Source: Eledone cirrhosa (lineage: Eukaryota). From it: a DNA stretch of 64,000 bases. Location of the stretch: assembly GCA_964016885.1 (NCBI GenBank), contig OZ024743.1:368342001-368406000 (forward strand). The letters are read 5' to 3'. Below are positions 12,630 through 25,340 of this stretch, piece by piece; positions within the stretch are counted from its first letter, which is position 1; every line of letters starts with the position of its first letter. The position numbers were made by a program, and so were the translations under genes. Under the pieces are notes generated by a model that did no database searches, had not been told where the DNA came from, and saw only the letters and a program-made list of their open reading frames with translations.

Positions 12630-13850
12630 CCTGTGCCTGCTCAATCCACTGCACCACCGGACCACGGAATCTGCTGCACGGTGTGCGACGCAACCTATAT
12701 TGGACAGACCGGGCGTCGTCTGTCGGATTGGTTCACTGAACACCTCCACCTGCCACTTTTGCTCTGCTGGACACTCCGCTAGCAACTTGACCCTCTGCGG
12801 CCTGATTGAGTGCTCTGGAAGCCTGGACACCCGACTTAGGGCTGAACAATGCACCATCTTCAAATTAAAGACCTGCACCCCCAATGGTTTGAAATCCCCA
12901 CCCCTCTGCCTTTAGCCTTCGACTGGTCCCCTCCCTCCCTCTCCCCATACTAACACCACTAAAAACACTCCTAACATGAACAGTCCCCTCACCTTCCAGC
13001 CACCCTCACACCCACATTGGACCACCCCACCACTAATAATACTAACACTTCCCACCCTCTTTCCACCTTACCACACACTCACTCACACATGTACACACCC
13101 ATACTACCACCACTAACCCCCACCCACACCCATATTCGATCAACCCGCCACTAATAATACTAACACCCACTCTACCACACATGCGCACTCACACCCAAAA
13201 CATGTACACACACCAGTATATATATACACTCATTCAAACACAGTACCCAGCACCTCCCCCTTCTCTCTCTCTCTCTCTCTCTCCCCAATACTACTAACAC
13301 CACCTCCACTAATATACACACCCCTACACCACCCTCTCCAACTTTTCACACTGACCCACCTCCTCTCACATCCACCACACCTCCGTACACACATAACACA
13401 CAACTCCACACATACATACAGGCCACTCTCACCCATACACACCTGCCAGCTACCACTGCCTACCACTTGACAGCTCTGCCACTACCTCTCACCAATCTGG
13501 TCTGCTCCCCTCCCCCTCTCTCACACATCGCCCTGCCATCTCCACCCCTTGACTTGACCATCTAGACCACTTCCTGTTGCGCGTGCCTCAACATTCCCAC
13601 AGATCCTACCGCAGAGTTTACACGCTCAGATATTGATGCGATTACAACTTGGAACTGTGCCATCACTGTGCACCTCTTCTGATGAAGGGCTTATACCTGA
13701 AACATCGCACCCACACCCCCCACTCTCACTAAGCGTGAACCTAATACCATTTGTAACTTGTACTCCTGTGTTGTTGTTGTTAATTACTGTCCTATAAATA
13801 TTTGCTCTACGGTTCTTATATATCTGATATATATTTATCCTTATCGAGCC
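12630..13850 (+). mobile_element. Penelope-like element 3' fragment: GIY-YIG endonuclease remnant, C/A-rich spacer and pseudo-LTR with a hammerhead core
   Basis: ICCTVCDATYIGQTGRRLSDWFTEHL, then after a frameshift HF..GHS..NLTLCGL..C.G..DTRLRAEQCTIFKLKTCTPNGL. CTGATGA-agg-gcttata-cct-GAAAC at 13679-13703. Confidence 0.85.
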
Positions 13851-13889
13851 CTCTTTGGATTTTAGTCTTCAAATTTATTATTATTACTA

Positions 13890-14078
13890 TAGATTGGCAG
13901 TATCGGTAGAGGGTCGGACGCCATGCTTTGCAGCAAAGAGTTAGTCCCTTTATGGTCTGAGTTCAAATCCCGCCGAGGTTAACTTTGCCTTTCATCCTTA
14001 CGGGGTCGATAAAATAAAGTACCAGTAATACACTGGGATAATTGCTGGCCTTGTGCCAAAAGTAGAAATAATTATTAC
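13890..14078 (+). mobile_element. tRNA-derived SINE
   Basis: Same family as 10100-10292; ends in (ATT)n/(TA)n. Confidence 0.85.
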
Positions 14079-14524
14079 TATATATATATATATATATATA
14101 TAAAGGGTTTAAAGGGTTTGTGTGTGTTGAGAGGAATCTTAAGTTGTACCAGAGGCACAACAGATTCTCTAGAGTTGGTGATCTACATGAAAAATCCACT
14201 CAGTATAATCTGTAAAGTGGTTTGTAATAAGAAGAGCTATCAGTCCTGGAAAACTTGCCACATTAAGAATCTGAAGGACTCTATAGTTGGTGCTACTATA
14301 AAATAGACAATCTGTGAGATGTTCAACCCTTGTTTTGCAAAAGGCATATACTAGTATACCTTTTACAAATTATTTTACTGATATACTATATATCATTATC
14401 ATCATAATCATTTAAAATCTGTTCTCCATGCTAGCAAGTGATATATGGCTATACATACGTGTGTGTGTGTGTGTGTATATGCACATACATACATATATAT
14501 AGGTATACATATATATATACATAT

Positions 14525-14564
<40 letters not shown>

Positions 14565-14566
14565 AC

Positions 14567-14597
<31 letters not shown>

Positions 14598-14599
14598 CA

Positions 14600-14808
14600 C
14601 GAAAGGCCGGTTGTAGGATACCTGTGTGAGATGCGTGATGTTGCATGGTAGTGAGACATGGGCTGAAGAGAAACGAAGCAAGCATACTCCGACGGCTGTG
14701 AAATGTCAATGTGCGTGAACGACCAAGCATGGACAAGTTGAGAGTGAAAGTGTGTATGAGAGGAATAAACTGTAGTGTGCAGGAGAGAAGACTGTATTGG
14801 TATGGCAA
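14600..14808 (+). mobile_element. RTE fragment, near-identical inverted copy of ~16296-16506
   Basis: Matches the reverse complement of 16296-16506, including the same internal deletion after ETWA. Confidence 0.85.
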
Positions 14809-14997
14809 TTGTGTTACAATTGTTTCGCTGGCTGACAGCTTGAGACACGATCATTGTGTGGTTCTGTCTAATTCTGGACCCGCAGGTTAGACGGACACGT
14901 CTGATTTTTCGTTTTCTATTATATCATACTCTGCTCTGTAAGAGCATAGAGTGCTCAACTGGCATACCACCTATGGAAGCATCTTAGCTACCATCAG

Positions 14998-15042
<45 letters not shown>

Positions 15043-15047
15043 TATAT

Positions 15048-15200
15048 GAAAAGATTCAGGACACCGGCGGCTGAGATCCAGATCTAGCTGTCGAAACATC
15101 CAGAGCTTAGCCGTCGGGGTCCTGAATCTTTTCATATTGCCCACTCTACTACCCAAGTATTGAGAACTCTGGTGAGTTATGGTCCACACCCTCTCTGATA
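15048..15200 (+). mobile_element. Second member of the 6082-6283 hairpin element family, in (TA)n
   Basis: Hairpin GAAAAGATTCAGGACACCGGCGGCTGAG...CTTAGCCGTCGGGGTCCTGAATCTTTTC with an internal GTCGAAAC, then the tail CCCACTCTACTACCC-AAGTATTGAG...TTATGGTCCAC. Confidence 0.75.
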
Positions 15201-15267
15201 TATATATATATGTAAAAGTTCTATTTAAATTGTTGGGATACAACAAGCAAATATTATTATAACTGAT

Positions 15268-15460
15268 AGGGCGGTGGATTGGCAGTATCGGTAGAGGGTC
15301 GGACGCCATGCTTTCCAGCATAGTTACGTCCCTTTACGATCTGAGTTCAATTCCCGCCGAGGTTGACTTTGCCTTTCATCCTTACGGGGTCGATAAAATA
15401 AAGTACCAGTAATGCACTGGGTAATTGCTGACCTTGTGCCTAAAGTAGAAACAATTATTA
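15268..15460 (+). mobile_element. tRNA-derived SINE
   Basis: Same family as the copies at 10100 and 13890. Confidence 0.85.
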
Positions 15461-16074
15461 TAACTGATATAAAGCACTCAACAAATATTTGGAGTAAAAA
15501 TACGATATTGTGTCCTTGAAATATGTATAATGAAATAAATATAGTTTCCATTTGTTAATATCGTATATATATATATATATATATACGATATATATATATA
15601 CGATATATATATATATATCGTATATATATATATCGTATATATACGATATATATATATATATATATATACGATATATATATATACGATATGAACAAAAAAA
15701 AAAATGGCGTAGACATACAACACAACAGGAGGAACAATGAATATAACACCACTGACGATGTTGCAGATGTGCAACGAAAGATTTATGTAAACTATATATA
15801 TATGTGTTTGTCTATATTGTATCTGTATTATTTTTGACCGCCGGTCAGTCAATGGCAACATTGAGGACCGAGTAAGTTAGATCGCAGATATATATATATA
15901 AAAGACAGCGAGAAGCGAAAACCAACCAAACAGTGAGTGTGTTCTGTTATTAATTCTGGCAATATTACGCAAATATGACCCTCCCCAAATATAACAATAT
16001 CTGTTTCGACACACGATTTCATATAAAAAACCTCGCAAAACTAATATATATATATATATATATATATATACTGT

Positions 16075-17135
16075 TATGTCTGTTTTTCCTTGCTTGCAAG
16101 AGTAGGATGGATCCTCTTGAGCACACCATCTCTCCATTTGTTATGGTCCTTCATCATCTCCTCTGAGATTCAGCGATCCGAGGTCAGCTCTCACCACCTC
16201 CGCCCATGTCTTTCATGGTCTTCCTCTACTGCATCTTCTTCCACTGGGATTTTTTGGCACTTCTTCACCCAGCGGTCATCTTCCATGCACGTCACATTGC
16301 CATACCAATACAGTCTTCTCTCCTGCACACTACAGTTTATTCCTCTCATACACACTTTCACTCTCAACTTGTCCATGCTTGGTCGTTCACGCACATTGAC
16401 ATTGCACAGCAGTCGGAGTATGCTTGCTTCGTTTCTCTTCAGCCCATGTCTCACTAGCATGCAACATCACGCATCTCACACAGGTATCCTACAACCGACC
16501 TTTCATTCGTAGGGAGAAACCCTACATTGTCAACAGAGTAAACAGCTCCCTAAACCCCTTCCAACTTGTCTGTATGATAGATACCATGACTTCGAAGCAT
16601 CCTACTTCCTTGCTAATCTGATCACCTAGATATCAGAAGTTATCAACCACCTCTATAGATCCTACCTGCGTTTGAAAAATGTCCCTATCACTGACACTTT
16701 TACTATCGATTTTCCCTGAACATCTACTACATATGAAGTGTTCCTTTTCTGTTAGTTTGCTTGCTATCCCACTACATCTCTTGTGTATCCAAGATCTGCA
16801 TTGTGTACATTCTATAGAGTTTATGCCAACTCTGTTTCTACATATCAAGCATGGCCATTTCCCTGGTGGAATCAGAGTTTTGTCCTCTTTCCTACTTATC
16901 AATACTTTAGTCTTTGCTAAATTCACTTTCAGTCCTTTTGATTCCAACTGCTGTTTCCACAGCCAGAATTTATTCTCTAGCTACTCTACTGATTCTGCCA
17001 GATAATCAGCATAGAGAAGTTCCCATGGGCAGCCAGTCTTAAACTCCTCTGTTATAGCTTGGAGAACTATAAGAGTGTGGCTGAGGACCGAACCCTGATG
17101 AATACCCTACTTGTATCTGGAATTACTCACTAAAT
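16075..17135 (-). mobile_element. RTE LINE fragment with a PHD finger inside the RT
   Basis: [29 protein letters not shown], a C4HC3 finger, IEVVDNF.YLGD and RRLYWYG. Confidence 0.85.
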
Positions 17136-17299
17136 CAATATCTATTCCTCCCACCCTCTCGCTGTATTATTCTCTCAGCTCTCTACTGTTAACCTTCTCT
17201 GCACTTTTCTCTCTCTCATTATCTCTCTCATCTCCCATTCTCTCTCTTCTTTCTCCTCTCCAACTTCTTAACCTGATATAAGATAGGAGGTACTCACAA

Positions 17300-17900
17300 A
17301 ATGGACCACATGCAAGGAGGAAATGCAGATAAAATTAATAGAAGCCAACACAATTGGACAAAGAGAGAACTGGAGACAATGATTAAAGGATGGAGCCTGG
17401 CTGATGGGTCATCACCAACCGTGGAAATAATTGTGGAGACCTTGATGAGACGTGGCTTTTGGGGGACTTTAGCACAGATAGATAGGAAAAAGAAAGAAAT
17501 TCAGAGGGCCTATATCTTCATTGGGCCACAAATGGATTTGCTGAGCTGTGTTCTCAAGGAGAAGGAGACCAAGGAGGAAAAAGAAGAAAAAACAAAAAAA
17601 CAAACACTGGCAACAAAGGGTCTACAGTGACATATAAGGAGCTGAGAACAACCACAAGTGAGATGGCCGGTGCTGCAGTCAGAGACGACAGGTTGGGTGA
17701 ACAACAGGAATGGTAAAGATAGAACAAGGAACCACCAGATGAAGGGAATCAAAGCAGAAAGTGACCTGTAGACAACTGCCCAAGGGAAGAACAAAATAAG
17801 ATGCTGAGACTCTGGGAAAAAGAAAACTCTGGTAACCTGCAAGTTCTTCAGAAAGGGGACCTGCTGGCATGGAGAAAGAGGGACAGGCTGCAGGTTCTCT
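17300..17900 (+). mobile_element. Probable LINE ORF1 remnant with a CCCH-type finger
   Basis: Purine-rich, Lys/Glu-rich frame (17301-17630) and KTLVTCKFFRKGTCWHGERGTGCRFS at ~17824-17900. The family assignment is inferred. Confidence 0.45.
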
Positions 17901-17998
17901 GTAAAACACTATTGTCTAGACCCTAGCTTTAAATTCACTTTGCAGTCAACGCTATATTCATTGTCCGACAATAAATCCAGGTTGTAGTGACACATTCA

Positions 17999-17999
17999 C

Positions 18000-18035
<36 letters not shown>

Positions 18036-18355
18036 ACGTCCACTTTTCCTTGCTTGCAAGGGTGGGATGGGAACTGATTCTGGCTTGATTTCTACAGCTG
18101 GATGCCCTTCCTAACACCAACCTCATTTACAGTGAGTGCTGGGTGCTTTTTTGCCGTGGCACCTCCACGACCACTTTTCAGTGGAATGATATGGACCCTA
18201 GTCCCTATCATCTCATTTCTACAGCTGAGTAAACTGGAGCAATGTGAAATAAAGTGTCTTGCTCAATGAAACAACACATCGCCCGGTCTGAGAATTGAAC
18301 TCACAACCTTTTGATTGCAAGGCCAATGCTCTAACCACTAAGCCATGTGCCTCCA
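17999..18355 (-). mobile_element. Full-length tRNA-derived SINE with (GAT)n tail
   Basis: Minus strand: TGGCTTAGTGG A box, GAGTTCAATTC B box, TTGAGCAAGACACTT central block, GGAAGGGCATCCAGCTGTAGAAA, then (GAT)n. Confidence 0.9.
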
Positions 18356-18990
18356 TAATTCTGATCTATGGCTTCTAGTAACTGCTGGATGCCGAAATAA
18401 CAGTAAACTACAACTTTTTGACTGTATTGAACTCTGTGACCATGTTATGTCACCAGCTGGGGTATGTGAGGGGACTGGTGTGTGGGAGAGGCTTAGCTTG
18501 GCTAGCTTTGAATAGGCTGATAGTTAGGTAGTCAACTTTCTCCATGTTTGCGCCTGCACAAAGCTGTGGAGTGGATGAAGCCAACAAAAACATAATTTTT
18601 TGTCCGCTCTCTTGCCTTTGGTTTGGATTCCCTTGGAAACATAACCTTTTTACATAATATTTCACCTGATGAGATCACGTGACTGGTTACATAAAATAAA
18701 GTGACCACGATCATCATTGAAATATGTATTTCAGCCTTACCAATAAATGACTCTTTAACATCTGCAACATGCTTCTCAGTTTCGTCATTCTAAATATACT
18801 CTGTTATTCTTATTTGGAAGAAGTAAAATGACTTTGAGTATTGATGTCCTAATACTCATCATTTTCCATTTCTTAGAGGGTTTTAAACCCCACTATCAGG
18901 CTAAAATTTCTTTAGTAAAAAATGCAGCGAAAGCTTCTATTTCTACTAAAATTTCAAACTTCACTCGCTGTTCAAAACAAACTTACTTGT

Positions 18991-19019
<29 letters not shown>

Positions 19020-19024
<5 letters not shown>

Positions 19025-19410
19025 TCATCATCATCATTGTTTAACGTCCATCTTCCACGCTTGCATGGGTTTGGACGGGAGTTTTCCCACTTGAGGCAAG
19101 AGTGGTTGTCTTGCTCGCATAGGACTGTCTGGCGGGTTTTCTACGGCTGGATGCCCTTCCTAACACCAATCACGTTTACAGTGTGGACTGGAAGGTTTTT
19201 ACCGTGTTACCTACACGGCCACATTACAGCATGGACTGTGTGTTTTTTTGTTGTGACACCTATACGACCTCATTTGTTTCGGACTGGATGTTGTGGTACC
19301 AACATAACTTTACATTGAAAGGGGTGGTGTGGGTGGGATGGGGGTGTATTTTGTTAGAGGTGCCTACTGACTGTAGTAGGTTTCACTTTGTATTAGGTAA
19401 GGCGGGTCTT
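19020..19410 (-). mobile_element. 3' UTR of the PHD-RTE family
   Basis: Matches 43505-43920 and, inverted, 60720-61137; (GAT)n tail. Confidence 0.8.
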
Positions 19411-20943
19411 CTATATATATATATATATGTATATATACATGCACACACAGACACATGTATATCAATTAGTTATTGTTCTATAACCATGTGTTTCATAGAT
19501 TGGAAGAAGCCCAAAGCTTATCCCAGTTTCCATTGTAAAGAGGTTGGTGTTAAGAAGGGTATCCAATTGTAGAAAACCAATCCAAAAAGTTATGAGCAAG
19601 ACGTGGTCACCTGACCTATTTAACCACATAGCATGCAAGCATAGAAAATAGACATTAAATGGTGATGATGAGTAAAATGTGGTCTCTGACCAATCTAGAA
19701 GATCAGTATGTAGGAACAGTAACTGAATCAGTTTCTATTCACCTATGCAATCTATATGTGCTTGTATATGTTGGATTTTTAGAGTCAGTCAACAAAAGGT
19801 GGATGGCTAATTGAAAGATTCATTTCTTTGCAATAAATATGGTATCTGTGTATTATCTGTACTTTTATTTCCTATTTCAATTTGTTGGAAAGCTTTCACT
19901 GATGTGTTGTAGCTTTATTCATGACATAAGCATATAAGTTTTTAGTGTATATATTACACTTAATTAATGTTGAAGCTTTCTTAATTTGCTTTTTACTGTT
20001 TACAATTAAATTATCATAAAGTTATATTAGTATTATTATGTGATTCTTTTAAGATATCCTCTATATCAATCTTTTCTGGCTTCTCAAAACCACAGACGTA
20101 TCTTTACCAGGTATTTTTGAAAGTAGTATTCAATCAAACCTAAAATCTTAATGAAGTTTCAACTGAATAGATGATAAAAGACAAAAAATCCAAATTCTAA
20201 AATTCTGTTTATCCCTCCTTCATTAGCTTTCTCTAAATAATTTCCTGCAATACATCATGAGTTATGTCATTTTTTAATAAGTTGTATCATTGGTTAAAGT
20301 GCAAACCAACTACTGTTTAACCTTGAAAAGGAAGATATAGAATTAAGTTTCACAAAATATTTGTGCAAAGATTCTCAGAAAAGATGATTGAGAAAACTAT
20401 CATTATATCACAGAAATATAGTTATGATAACATAGAATATATCAGGTACATGAAGTTTGCCTGCGGTTACTGTGTTACAATAAAATTCATGACACCTACA
20501 GTAACTGTTCAATACTTTCCATCATATACAGCTGCTTTAAAAATATTTATTCTTTTTCCTTTCTTGTTTTGATATTTTGTTTTTCATTAATTTTTATACT
20601 ATTGTGTATTTGACGATTTGATTTGTTTTTTTTACAATTTGATTTGTTTTTTTTTACAATTTGATACCCTTCTAACTGTAAACAACTCATCTTGTCAGAA
20701 ATACAAACATTTAAAATTAGTGAAGCTAAAGGAACCAAGTACCTTGGTTCACAATACAATGTAAGAGCATTTTTCTGTACTGCTTAGCTAGAGGGGGAGG
20801 GGCCTTTTCAGGGCCACCAAGAATGGTGTGAGGAAGGAGGAGAGGGAAAAGTCAGAGACCAGGTTCAAATGCTTGCAACAGAATGGATTCTGATAAAGAG
20901 CCAAGTGTTGATATTAAACCAGATGATAGATTATGTGATTTAA

Positions 20944-22022
20944 CCCTTTAGTGTTCAAACCGCCCCAAACCAGCCGCAATTATTTCCCCTTCATTTGTTC
21001 AAACCGCCCCAAACCGGCCGATAACACCCACACTAAAATATCGTTCTAAAAATAAACAATACCGTCCTCAAAATCTCGTCAATTCGAGATTACTGCGAGA
21101 TTAGGCCCTTACCGCAAAAGTTACACTTAATATAGTGAAACAACTTAAAACAACACGTTTTTTTAACATTGAAAGTAGAACAGATTTTTTGTGTATCAAC
21201 TTGGCTTGTGAAAGTAGCGATACCGACTTTGAAGGTTTTACACACGACAACATTCAAAATAAACAAGAAACAAAAGATAATATTCGTGATTTATCCTCAA
21301 ATGAATCAGATGTTTACATTTCTGAAATTTCATCCACCAATGATTGTTGTTTTGAAAGTGAAAACGAAGATCTCCAGGACGCCATTGAAAATATTACAGC
21401 AACGTGGTTGAAAAATATCACACCAATATATGTTCTCAATTTTATTCAAAATACTGGTCCACAACACACATTAGTTCCCGATGCTAAAGCACTGGATTAT
21501 ATCTTTTTCTTTTTACCACAAACTTTCTTCGAAGTTGTGGCAGAAGAGATTAATCAATATGCCCAATAACAGATTTCAAATCAAGGAAAACCCGATCTGT
21601 TTGGCGACCGACAGATGCTGCGGAAATGCAAGCATTTTTTACCGTAAATATTATGTTCGGTATAAAACAATTTCCAAGACTGTGGAATTACTGGAGCAGT
21701 GATCCTTATATATCAAGTATTATGCCGAAAACAACGTATTTAAAATTAAACCAGTATTTGCACCTGTTTGATACTTCAAATGCCCCTATTAATTAATTTC
21801 ACCTGCCCATAAAAGTCAAATTTAACCAAAAAAATCAGGTAAAATTATATGATATTTAATTATTGATATTTAAACATCTACTGACAAAATTTCAAGCCTG
21901 CACATAGAAAATTAAGAAAATTACAAACAAATAAAATTGATAACCCTCTTGAGTATGATTAACTGAAAATAATGTGAACAGATAAACATGACATTTGACA
22001 AATTAATGTGAATGCTAAAGGG
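20944..22022 (+). mobile_element. Internally deleted, non-autonomous piggyBac
   Basis: TTAA|CCCTTTAG ... CTAAAGGG|TTCA. Transposase N-terminal remnant: acidic tract, NTGP, LDYIFFFLPQ, EEINQYAQ, YWSSDP, NQYLHLFD. Confidence 0.88.
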
Positions 22023-22759
22023 TTCAACTAATCATCATATAGTCAGCAACCTCAGAATCTAATTCCACAACTATTCTACCTCTTCTCTGGACAATGGACA
22101 TATTAATTATACAGCCACTGTAACATTATTTTGATTGGTTATCCTCCATCTTAACTACACAGATGGTGTACCCTCACTATCATTAATGGTCCAACACCTT
22201 AACTACACAAACACTGTAGTCCAACCTCAACTATGCACCAATAGTTTAAAAAGTATTTCTGACACTACAAAATTGTTATGAGTATAAGCAAAGTTAACAT
22301 TTGTGCTTCTTGTGATATATTTTTAAATAAGTTAATTATTATTTATATTCATCTTTAAAACTTAAATCCTGAAGTGTTTATCAATTAAAAGATTGCCTTA
22401 ATGATTTTTTTTTTAAATTAGAATTCGCCTATTGCAAATTTTCTTTTAACCAATGGCTGGACTGTATACTACTGAAAATTAATCCTTGCAATGACAGTTT
22501 TTAATTGCTATATTGCCCATAAAGATTAAGTAAATGCTTTTTCTTCAAGCTATTAAATAGGTTTATAGCATTTTGAATCAAATTATTAACAAAATTAATA
22601 GATATTATGAACTTTTAATTAAGATATGAATTTTTTCCTGCCTTATCTCTTTTTAAAAATGTATGTCTATAAGTTTCGGTAAATTTATTATTAGTTTAAC
22701 AGCTTTGCTGGTGGTTTTTTTCACTGAAATATTTATCAATGTAGATACACATGCCATAT

Positions 22760-23850
22760 CACTTATATTATTTTCATTTTTCTTCATTTGACTTTACATT
22801 TCCATATTGCTGTAAGAGAGTAGCATTAGCAAGATTCTTGATTGCCTGTAATACTTTCATATTGTCAGCATAGCTAGTGAGAGTGACTGCCTGTACAATT
22901 GAGGCCATGTCTGAGAGAGTCACTACAAACCACAGATGTCCTAAGACTGTTTCCTGAGGGACTCTACTCACTATTGGTTTCTGCCTTTTAAGAAGTTATG
23001 CAGCCACTCTTCCAGGTTTCCAACTATGCTAAGACTATGTAATTCCATGAGCAACCTTATCAAAGGCCTTTGCAAAGTTGAGATCATTTTCACATTTGAA
23101 CAGTTTAACAGCTGCTTTAATACCAAGTAATGAGGATGTAAAAGCTGTGCAAAAGCAACTTCTTCATGGTCAAAAGCCATGCTAGGGGTTAATCAGCATT
23201 TTCTTCCAGGAGCATGATTTGTTTCCTTCCAATAATTTGTTCCATGACTTCAGTGCGATGCTAGATTACATATATAGGCATCTAATTTTTAGCATCTGCT
23301 CTGCTTCTTCCTTTACTGATAGAGTATATTATGCCTTCTTTTAACTTGCTAGGGAGTTTACCACTTGTGATGAAGTTCTGAAAAATAGCCTGTAGTGGTA
23401 TTGTTATGGCTCACTTGCAGCCACTTAAGAGGATTGCTGGAAACTTATCAGGGCCAGTAGCTAAACTAAGTTCATTTCATCTGTGGTTGATATTACATCT
23501 TCCTCCTTTACTCATTGTAATTGATGGTTGTCATTTGTGTGTAGGGCTGTGATGAGAAAGAACTTATCTGGCTTATATATTTATATATATTTGTTTGGGA
23601 ATGTGAAAACACTTTTCTATTGTTTATTCAGTATTTTACAAATCCTTTGGTTGTCTACAGTTAGTGATTCATCTTGGAACAGTGAGCCTATCTGATGAGG
23701 AACTCTTTTGCTAATTTCAAAAAGGGTTTCTTTTTGTGTTTTCTAGCCACCCTTTTACTCCTCTCCTTTTTATGGCAGTTTTTGATTTTATTCTCTATTT
23801 TTACCTGTGCCCTATTTAAGCTAAATTTCCCACTATTTCTTTTTGAATCT
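22760..23850 (-). mobile_element. Old CR1-like LINE RT fragment
   Basis: GPDKFPAILL, LEEWLHNFLKGRNQ, VPQETVLG, YADN; same family as 25341-27550. Confidence 0.75.
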
Positions 23851-24309
23851 TCAAGTTGTTTATAAAGGCAGTTTCAGGTCTTTGTTCTCCATCTCAAAAG
23901 AACTTTTCTGTCTCTGGAAATTTTGTATACACACATACACACACATTATGTGTGTATGCATATATATATGTGTATGTGTATAAGTATGTATGTGCGTGGT
24001 GGAGGTGTGGAAAACAATGTGCATTGGCTGGTGGATCCCATTATCATTTAAGAACAACAGAAGGCCAGACTGGAAATATACTTTAAAATTTTAATGTTGC
24101 AGAAACACTATACTTATTTCAGTGACCTAGTTACATCATCCAATCATGAAACAAGACTTAGACATGGATTGCAAAATTAGTTAATTGATACAGGATTACA
24201 GCTAACACCAAACAGAGAATAGAAAATAAGATTTGATTCGGAGATGTTTCGCCAATTTGGTGTCATTATAATGGCAAACTACACAACATAAATGGCATAT
24301 ATATATATA

Positions 24310-24825
24310 TCATCATCATCATCATCATCATCAGGTTTAGCGTCCGTGTTCCACGCTTGCATGGGTTTGGACGGGGGTTTTTCCACTTGAGGCAAGAGTG
24401 GTTGTCTTGCTCGCATAGGACTGTCTGGCGGGTTTTCTACAGTTGGATGCCCTTCCTAACACCAACCACATTTACAGTGTGGGGCTGGGAGGTTTTTACC
24501 GTGTTGCCTACACGGCCACATTACAGCGTGGACTGTCTGGCGGGTTTTCTACAGCTGGATGCCCTTCCTAACACCAACCACATTTACAGTGTGGGGCTGG
24601 GAGGTTTTTACCGTGTTGCCTACACGGCCACATTACAGCGTGGACTGTCTGGCGGGTTTTCTACAGCTGGATGCCCTTCCTAACACCAACCACATTTACA
24701 GTGTGGGGCTGGGAGGTTTTTACCGTGTTGCCTACACGGCCACATTTACAGCGTGGACTGTGTGTTTTTTGTCGTGACACCTACACGATCTCATTTGTTT
24801 CGGCCTGGATGTTGTGGGACCAACA
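24310..24825 (-). mobile_element. PHD-RTE 3' UTR with a 112-bp segment triplicated in tandem
   Basis: Units start at 24418, 24530 and 24642 (GGACTGTCTGGCGGG...). The copies at 19020 and 43505 have a single unit. Confidence 0.85.
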
Positions 24826-25340
24826 TAATATATATGTATGTATATATATATATATATGTATGTATATATATATATATATGTATGTATATATATATATATG
24901 TATGTATATATATATATATATGTATGTATATATATATATGTATGTATATATATATATATGTATGTATATATATATATATGTATGTATATATATATATATG
25001 TATGTATATATATATATATATGTATGTATATATATATATATGTATGTATATATATATATATGTATGTATATATATATATATATGTATGTATATATATATG
25101 TATGTATATATATATATATGTATGTATATATATATATGTATGTATATATATATATGTATATATATATATATGTATGTATATATATATATGTATATATATA
25201 TATATGTATGTATATATATATATGTATATATATATATATTTATGTATATATATATATGTATATATATATGTATGTATATGTATGTATATATATATGTATG
25301 TATATATATATGTATGTATGTATATATATATATATGTATA
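24826..25340 (+). repeat. (TA)n/(TATG)n compound microsatellite
   Basis: Direct inspection. Confidence 0.95.

Noticed and set aside
14810-14856. Minus-strand GAAAC-AATT-GTA with a GCTG/CAGC stem, a possible hammerhead
   Set aside because: The core reads CTCAA rather than CTGANGA, and the stem I strand overlaps the LINE junction; too speculative.
18280-18355. tRNA gene
   Set aside because: The A/B boxes belong to a SINE head that continues into SINE body and (GAT)n tail; no intact cloverleaf.
20699-20760. Candidate + strand exon (CAG|AAATAC...CAAT|GTAAGA; IQTFKISEAKGTKYLGSQYN)
   Set aside because: Weak polypyrimidine tract, no recognisable Nrx-IV similarity, and the end phase does not fit the 50779 exon.
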